64,000 nt of DNA from the human T2T-CHM13v2.0 reference genome, Homo sapiens. This document shows positions 55,901 to 64,000 of the stretch, in pieces. Position 1 is the first letter of the stretch. Each line of letters opens with the position of its first letter. The notes beneath the pieces are model-generated. The model did no database searches, was not told the DNA's origin, and worked only from the letters and a program-made list of their open reading frames with translations. The stretch lies in assembly GCF_009914755.1 (NCBI RefSeq), contig NC_060945.1. One strand, written 5' to 3'. The position numbers and the translations under genes were made by a program.

Positions 55901-57743
55901 TATGAGTGTTTGGACAATTGAAGCTATGTTTGGAATATGAGTATATGTCTGTCTATGTGGGGAAGAGATGATGATAAATGCCTGACACTATGTGTCTTGA
56001 AAAAGACTAGGCAAAAGAATTTCTAAGTTTTACAGAAGGCAGAAAGGATGCTTAGTGGGATTCTTTATGGTACAAATTTGAAAGTGCCTGATGGAAGTGC
56101 TTCTTCATGCTTAAATCTTAAAAGTATTAATAATAATATTATATGATACAAATAATGAGCTGGGCAGAGGTAAAATCTTGCAGAAATCATACTAGATGCT
56201 TTACTTGTTTAAGTTTCCCAACAACACTGCAATGTGGACATTAACCTCCCCTTTACATTTGAATAAACTGGATCTTAGATGCTTAAGAACCTGAAGCAAA
56301 TAAGTGTTGAAACTAAGCATGATCCCAAATCCCTCACACGCCAAACTTTACGTTCTTGTATTGCATCATGTTGATTTCCTGTGCTGAGGAAAAAGTTATT
56401 TTTCCTTTTACTATCTATAATATAAGTAGTTATTTGCATACTGGTTCTGGCACTGTCTTACACAGGACGTTCCAATAACTGCCAGTCACATAGCGACGAT
56501 TATGCTTGATTAAGCAGATCCAGTAAGTACTTGATCGACTTTTTCCCATAAATGCTGACATTCTGCAGCCAAAGGGAGAATAACACTTGCCATTATTCTG
56601 AGCACTCTGTGCATCTCCCCTCGTCCCTCCCAATAATACCTGGCCCTGAATTTCCTAAGATCAATGTTCCCAGATTATTAGACTCAGCCCAGATTCCAGG
56701 GTTTCCATCAAATTCTTCCTGGGTAATTTGAGATTTTGAGTTCTATAAGTACTACAGGCAGACAGGTGACAATTTGTGAGATTTGAGGGTATGTTCAGCA
56801 GGTATCATTGTTGCTATTGGTCATTCTATCCCAGATAATTCATTGTTAGCAATGTTGAAGTCCTCACAGTGCTCCAGAATCCTCTAGAAATACATAGGAA
56901 AGAGTGCTTTCAAAATTGTTAATGCATACTATTATAAGAATATAAATATCCCCACAAGATAACCTGATAGCTATTGGCTAGCACATTGTTTTATAGTCTG
57001 CTGATTGGATGACTTCAGCCGTTTCTCAAAAGGTGGCCCAAGGTTCCTGTGTATCAGAATTGCTTGACAATCTTGATACCCCTCTGGGCCCTATCCCCCT
57101 GCCTCAGATTATCATACCCTCTAACTTAGAGTATTAGAGGAATATAAGTAGCTTAATGTAATAAAGTTTAATTTTATGTAGCACTCAAATGGGGGTCAAG
57201 CAACATTCCCGAATGCTTTCCTCTAAAAATGACCCAGGGATTTGAGCTCTTCCTTTGGTGGGCTCCCCGTTTCAGTGTTCCTTGCTTGCAGCCATATAGA
57301 TGAAGAGATGAAGGTAGCCAAAGAAAGAGTAAGGAAAACCTAATGAGAGGAGGACATGAATCTCAAAGCAGATATTATGAGTCAGGCCCTACCATTGACG
57401 TGAACTGATTACAAGGACCCAGCTGAATGCAAGAGGGCTGGGAATATACCCAAGAGGCTAATAAACATGGTTTGGGGAACACATAGCATTTTCTCTGCTT
57501 CGTAAGTTATGTGAGTAAGGCTGATTAGAATGGAGAAAAGCAAAGTCAAGTAAGCATGCCACGTTTTGATTGAAATGGAATTTTAATGGGTACCCAACAA
57601 TGCCTTTATAGTTAATATAAGCCTGTGTAAAGAAGATGTGATCATAATGTGACTTTTAGGCAGGTTGTTTTCATTTCCATACATCTGCATTATGGTCTTT
57701 GGGAAAATTCACATGGGAACTGTTGATAAGGAATATCTGAAAT

Positions 57744-57940
57744 CAGGGCCAGCTTCATGTAACCTGTGTTGTTGCACAGGGCTGTGCTCTCACAAAGGTC
57801 CACATTTGGCTTAATGCTCTGCTATTGTATTGCTGTCTTAAAATTCTTAATCATTTTGAACAAGAGGTTGTGCATTTTCATTTTGCACTGGATCCTTTTT
57901 CTAAGCACTCAGGCTGTCTCCCATTACATAGCTGGTCCTA
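57744..57940 (+). mobile_element. MER91A-like hAT-Tip100 MITE
   Basis: CAGGGCCAGCTTCATG...GCATTTTCATTTTGCACTGG...TAGCTGGTCCTA; degenerate 8-bp TSD TCTGAAAT/CCTGAAAC. Confidence 0.75.
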
Positions 57941-59194
57941 CCTGAAACTTGTGCCTTATCAGTGATTAAAATTAAGGCTTCAAGGATAAAATGAAGACAT
58001 AGTCTTTAAGATGCAGTCAATGCTAATTGATCTTTTAGAGAAGACAAGTTACAATAATAAAGTTCCAAGGGTGGGGGTGTGGGCTCACACAGGTGCATGT
58101 GAACATGGGCCTGTGCAAAGTTTATTAGGAGCAATTTGTTTTAATTGATATTCATTGGGCATCATTCCACTGTTTATTCTTACCTACTCATGTGAAGAGT
58201 TGGTTGATGTCAATTGCACAAACATTTGTTTCAGAGAAATGGGTGTTTCAGTTGGATAAATTTTAATTAAGTAACCTTTACTGTACAAGTAGTTGCTTTT
58301 GAAGCCAGGAGAAAAATGACTATAATTTATTAATTCTATAATCCAGAATCTGAAGATATTGAATCTTGTCTACTCTAACCTTGAATATAATTTTCACTAT
58401 GAATGTCCTAAATATCTGGCCACAAGAATAAGGAATACAAAACATTTCCAATGTATTGTTAAATTCTTCTCCTATTGCAAATGCCTAGGCATTTAATTAT
58501 TAATTAAATAATTTAATTTATTTATTATTATAAATTTATTAATATAAATTAAATAATAATTTAATTATTCTCAAGCTCATATATACAGGACTTGATTGCT
58601 GATGCTGGTAAGCAAAGTAGCCAAAAGTCTTGAATTTCCAGATCATTTGGTTCTGAAATAATTTATTTGTGATTGCTGCTTCCACACCACTTGTATACAT
58701 TACTACTGTAGTATATCACATTTCATAGGGATGTATTTATTTATACATATGCCAAAGGACCACACTGAACTCTTAATTCCTTGAGAACAGGTGCTGTATC
58801 TTATTTTTCCCAAAGCTTAGCAGATTTACCAGGTACCTAGAACATATTCAATGAAGAGTTGATGAGGGAGTGGAGAAACAAATTATGATATAAAAAATCA
58901 CTTTTCTTTCAGGAAGTAGCAAAGTGTAGATTTACAGGTCTTCAAAGAACCTTCTGCTTTTACTAAAGCCAAAATCACAGTGTTTTTGCTTTGCAAGAAT
59001 ATTTTAAACTTGTATAATGCTCTTTAGCCCATAACAGCTATGTTACACAGAAATTTAAAACATCTGAGGGATAAAAATAGCATATACTTAACTGTTATAT
59101 TCATAAATTCATTTTATTGAAGGACTTTTCTGTCCTGTTCAAAAAAAAGTTGTTGATTGAACACACACAACACATATACAAGAAAAAAAGAACA

Positions 59195-59480
59195 GGTCAG
59201 GTGTGGTGGCTCACGCCTGTAATCCCAGCACTTTGAGAGGACAAGACGGGTGGATCACCTGAGGTCGGGAGTTCGAGACCAGCCTGACCAACATGGAGAA
59301 ACCCCATCTCTACTAAAAATACAAAATTAGCCAGGTATGGTGGCGCATGCCTGTAATCCCATCTACTCGGGGGGCTGAGGCAGTAGAATCGCTTGAACCT
59401 GGGAGGCGGAGGTTGTGTTAGGCCGAGATCATGCTATTGCCATTGCACTCCAGCTTGGGCAACAAGAGCGAAACTCCGTC
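59195..59480 (+). mobile_element. AluSp/Sq-type
   Basis: GAGGTCGGGAGTTCGAGACCAGCCTGACCAACATGGAGAAACCC...GGGCAACAAGAGCGAAACTCCGTC. Confidence 0.93.
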
Positions 59481-59496
59481 AAAAAAGAAAGAAGGA

Positions 59497-59568
<72 letters not shown>

Positions 59569-59750
59569 AGGAAGGAAGGAAGGAAGGAAGGAAGGAAGGA
59601 AGGAAGGAAGGAAGGAAGGAAGGAAGGAAGAAAGAAAGAAGGAAAGGAAGAAAGAAGGAAAGGAAGGAAGGAAGGAAGAAAGAAAGAAGGAAAGGAAGAA
59701 AGAAGGAAAGGAAGGAAGGAAGCAAGGAAGAGAGAAAGAAAGAGAGAGAG

Positions 59751-59789
<39 letters not shown>

Positions 59790-59809
59790 GAAAGAAAGAA
59801 AGAAAGAAA
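59481..59809. repeat. Compound (GAAA)n/(GGAA)n polypurine tract derived from the Alu tail
   Basis: 329 nt, all purine except one C. Confidence 0.97.
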
Positions 59810-59959
59810 CAATACACATAAGTTTTAAGGGATATGGATGTTTATATCTGTTTGTATTAAACTTACTGCTAATAATCTACTTTTTCCTATGGTCTACTAA
59901 TAAATGCCAAGAATAGGGGGAACGATCCTCTTATTTAATGCTGGAGATAGTTTATTTGC

Positions 59960-60454
59960 TGTCTCAGTTTCCTGTGGTTGTTACAGCAAATTCACCACCA
60001 ACTTGGTGCTATAAACCAACAGAAATTAATTCTCTCTTGGTTTTGGAGGTCAGTCAGAAATCGGTTATCAATGGACTAACATCAAGGTGTGTCTGCAGAG
60101 CCACACTTTCTCTAGAGGTGCTAGGGGAGAATCCATTCCTTGCCTCTTCCAGCTTCTGGTGGCTTCCAGCTTTCCCTGCTTATGGTTACTTTACTCCAAT
60201 GATCAAGGCCAGCATCTTCAAATCTCCTTTTGCTCTGTCTTCACATGGTCTTTTCTTTTCCATGGGTTAAATCTTCCTCTGCCTTTCTCTTATAAGGACA
60301 TTTGTGGTGGCATTTAGGGACCCACTCACTCCTTACTTTAAAATCCTTAATTTAGTCACATCTGCAAAGACCATTTCCCCAAATAGGGTGACATTTACGA
60401 GGTTCCATTGATTCCAATCTGCTGTCTTTGGGGGGCAATGATTCAGCCTCCTAC
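59960..60454 (-). mobile_element. MLT1C/D-like MaLR solo LTR
   Basis: GGGGAGAATCCATTCCTTGCCTCTTCCAGCTTCTGGTGGC...CACATCTGCAAAGACC...TTCAGCCTCCTACA. Confidence 0.8.
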
Positions 60455-62316
60455 ACTTGCTCTGCCCACTATTTTCATTAATGACTAAGTAATGGGATTC
60501 TAGATGATGTACCCTAGTGTACTTTTCTCCACACTCCCTGACACAGGAATAATGATACTGTGTAATACTTGAGTGTTGGAAAACTATCAACTAAATAACA
60601 CTATCAAGAAAACACTGCCTAAAGAAGCAGGCTTTGGCAAGTAGGGCTCAGAGAGGGAGCTCATAACTGCATGATAATACTTCCCATAAATTATAGTAAT
60701 GTTAATTGTCTCCCTCAAAGCAAGGCCATTAAGCCGCTTACTGCTTCTACCTTAATAATTTATTTTGATATTTCTTGTGGCCCTACCTTTTCAACGGTCT
60801 TTTACTTTTTACCCAGAGGGGATGTAAACACCTCCCTGACAGTCCTTTGTTGTATATTTCATCTCTAAGTATAACAGGAGAGGGAAGCAAATGACCAAAT
60901 AGGTCGTGATAAGCTCTGCAGCCAACCAAGACAAAAGGCTCTAGAAGACTACAGTAGGAAGAGCTTCATTCGGAAATACAAATCCTAACACATGGAAAAA
61001 AGTAAGTAGATCTACATGCCCTATCTAAACAACTGAACTGTCAGTGACTTTGTCACTAACCAGGAAGAGATTTTCTGTTTTATTTATTTCCACTGTGCTG
61101 AGGTAAGACCATCCTCAACATGAAAGAAGGCGTTTCATTCCTTCAACACATTTCTATGAATCTCCTACTATATGCCAGATATATTATGTACCAAGCACTG
61201 ATTAATTTAGCTGCTTTCTTTCACCCTCTCTGACTATAGTTTTTCATGTAATTTGCAGGGTCAAAACTTTGCAAAGTCCTATGCTTGGCCATTTAAATCT
61301 GAGCCAAGGTCACATAAGGACAATTTAGTTAGAGTGGGAGAGAAAGGAAAAAACAAGAAAGCTAAAAAGTTACATAAATGTCCTCTAGCAAGCAGGTTCC
61401 TTGTTCTGAGGGCTAATGTACTGTAGCAATTCATCAGTCATTCTAATAGTCTTTTAACTTCTGTCAGAAAGTCTACTGAATGCTAACATTTTAAATGTTT
61501 AATATTCTAAAACATATTTTCATTAATCATGCAAATTATCTGGACATCCGTATTTTACAACAACCTCTTTTGAGACTAAGAGGCCTAAGAGTTTGTGTAT
61601 GAGAGCCTGATGTTAGCAAGTGATACTGTAGATGAAGTATAACTTAGAATCAAAGAATTTTAGATGTGAAAAACTGCTAATGTAATTTCAGTATCTATGT
61701 GTTATCATATTTATACACACCCTCCAAAATGCTATTAATGTCAGATATTTCTAATTAGGTAGCAAGCAGCCTAAAATATGCACTTCCTTCATTCTGCTTT
61801 ATCATATGGTTGCTGGATGCATATTAATATTGTTGGGTGGTACATTTTCCCAATAGAATTGACCCTGTGTTTCATAGTAAAGTGGACACTGGATTTTGTT
61901 ATTAGTAAAGGAGAAAAGAAGTGTTAATTGCAGTTAGGTTGGCCTGAACTGCAGCATGAAAACCTCCATTTATATGCTGCCAGTCACTCCAATTCCAGAA
62001 TTTCTTAGCTTCTTGGAAAAAGGAGAAGTATATGTCTGGGCCCCATGAAACAGGTGGATTAAGAATTGAAAGGGTACAAGACATGAATTTTGATGGAGTT
62101 AGTGGAAATTCTTTACCCTTTTTTCTTTTCTTTCTCCTCTCCTCTCCTCTCCTCTTCTTTTCTTTTCTTTCTTTTCCTGAAGCAAACTGATTGCCAGCAA
62201 GGCTGGTGGCTGGTAGTGAAATAGAAAAAAATGACCTGAGACCATGTAAGTGTAGTTATACCGGAGCCATAGAGCTCACTGCTTTCAAGAACATGGCCTA
62301 AGTAATTTGAAGCCAT

Positions 62317-62570
62317 GGCCGGGCGCGGTGGCTCACGCCTGTAATCCCAGCACTTTGGGAGGCCGAGGCAGGGGGATCACAAGGTCAGGAGTTCAAGACC
62401 AGCCTGACCAACATGGTGAAACCATGTCTCTACTTAAAAAAAAATACAAAAATTGGCCAGGCTTGGTGGTGCACACCTGTAATCCCAGCTACTCAAGAGG
62501 CTGAGGCAGGAGAATCTCTTGAACCAGGGAGGCTGGGCAACAGAGTAAGACTCCGTCTCAAAAAAAAAAA
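62317..62570 (+). mobile_element. AluS with a deletion of about 40 bp in the right arm
   Basis: GGCCGGGCGCGGTGGCTCACGCC...GGGAGG|CTGGGCAACAGAG; TSD GAAG(C/T)CAT. Confidence 0.92.
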
Positions 62571-62599
62571 GAAGTCATGAGGTCATGAGCATTGGTGGA

Positions 62600-63075
62600 T
62601 CACTGTACTTGCCCAGCTACCAGCAGGAAACACAATCAAATTAGGAAATCCCAGGAAGGCTTATTTATAAAGGGACTAATTACAAAGGTGTGGGCAGAGT
62701 AGAGGGCAGGGGAACCAATAAGGGCTGCACTGGTAGTGGGAGCTAAGAGCTACAGAGCTGTTACTCAATCTAGACCCTAAGAGATCAGGAGGAAGAGCAA
62801 TTACTAGAATCTCAAGGAAGGAGAATCATGTAAAAGGTCACCTTGAAAGGACTAGCAACCTTTGATTAAGGGAAGCACCAGCACAAGGTGATCTCACAGG
62901 GAAAACAAATACCCTGACCTCACTCCTCAGGGAATGAGGGGACTTTCTGCTCACTGAGCCCAACAGGAACCTCAGGGCACAGAACTGGAATGTAGTAGCT
63001 TATACAGGTGAATATATCTGAGTGAATATCCAGGCTTCACAAGTGGAGAGTAGATTGGAGAGGAGAGTCAGAAAC
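62600..63075. mobile_element. Old ERVL/MaLR-type LTR fragment
   Basis: CAGCAGGAAAC...AAAGGGACTAATTACAAAGGTGTGGGCAG motif typical of old LTRs. Confidence 0.4.
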
Positions 63076-63092
63076 ATCTCATTTTGGTATGA

Positions 63093-63320
<228 letters not shown>

Positions 63321-64000
63321 TAGCAGCATTGCTGTATCTTCAGTACACCAGCATGAACCACCTTAGCCCCTGAGTAATCAGATATTTTTTTAAAACATAC
63401 AAATGTGATCCAGACAGTTCATTATTCTCCCTATATCACTATTTCAGTGTAACAGTGTGCTTTTAAACGTCTGTAGTTTGTATTGCTAAAGGAACACTTA
63501 AGACCTCACTTTTTTACATTGTTTGCCTTCTAATTATATTTTTCTAGTAAAATATTTAACCATTACTTCCTGAATCACGGATTCTAAGGTGCAATAAAAA
63601 TCCAAAGGGAAATATATTTGTTTCCTACAGAGACAGTTTTTTTTTTTTCCCAGAGCATTTTCAATGACTGCTGCAGAAACGAATGAGTAAAGGTTTCCGA
63701 AATGAATAGTTGCAGAAAACCAACTTACTGTCATACAGAAGTCCATGCAGCCCCCGGGTAAAAGTACTTATGTATCTCCTTTTGTTGAGTTCTCTATTTT
63801 TTTTTATGAATATGCATATTGGGGGATAAACTTCCATCTGCTCTCTTTTAGCTGATTCTATCACATTTTTGAGCTTTGCATCATTATGGAGCTTCAGAGA
63901 AAGATGATCATTTACATTACATATGGATATAAAGGAGAGAAGGAGTTGATGAATTGCAAACAAGTATAATTTATATGGACAAAGTGTGCCAGAAGTGCTT

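Noticed and set aside
59393-59916. K/E/R-rich and F/L/S-rich ORFs of 112-161 aa
   Set aside because: Artefacts of the stop-free (GAAA)/(GGAA) repeat

Overview
Primate (human-like) nuclear DNA. It is AT-rich, CpG-depleted and dominated by interspersed repeats: about 14 Alu copies or fragments (AluJ/S/Y-type), several L1s (a 5'-truncated L1PA, a near full-length L1MA-type element, older L1M/HAL1 pieces), MaLR and ERV1 solo LTRs (MLT1, MSTB, MER4, LTR8), DNA-transposon relics (MER2, MER5A, MER91A, MER94, MER112), L2/MIR and microsatellites. No protein-coding gene, tRNA, rRNA, snRNA or CRISPR array can be supported. The listed ORFs are mostly repeat-derived or of chance length. The unique intervals contain several well-formed + strand splice signals, and young retroelements become mostly minus-oriented after about 9 kb. 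Together these suggest, by inference, the 5' part or long introns of a + strand spliced lncRNA. The best-supported oddities are a 198-bp templated copy-paste insertion inside an old L1, a 15-nt 3' transduction on an L1PA, a candidate recursive (AG|GTAAG) splice site next to a MER4 LTR, and a stop-poor candidate exon/smORF at 52.7-53.0 kb. I found no evidence of a novel multi-gene system. Repeat subfamily names are from recalled consensus sequences and need RepeatMasker/Dfam confirmation.
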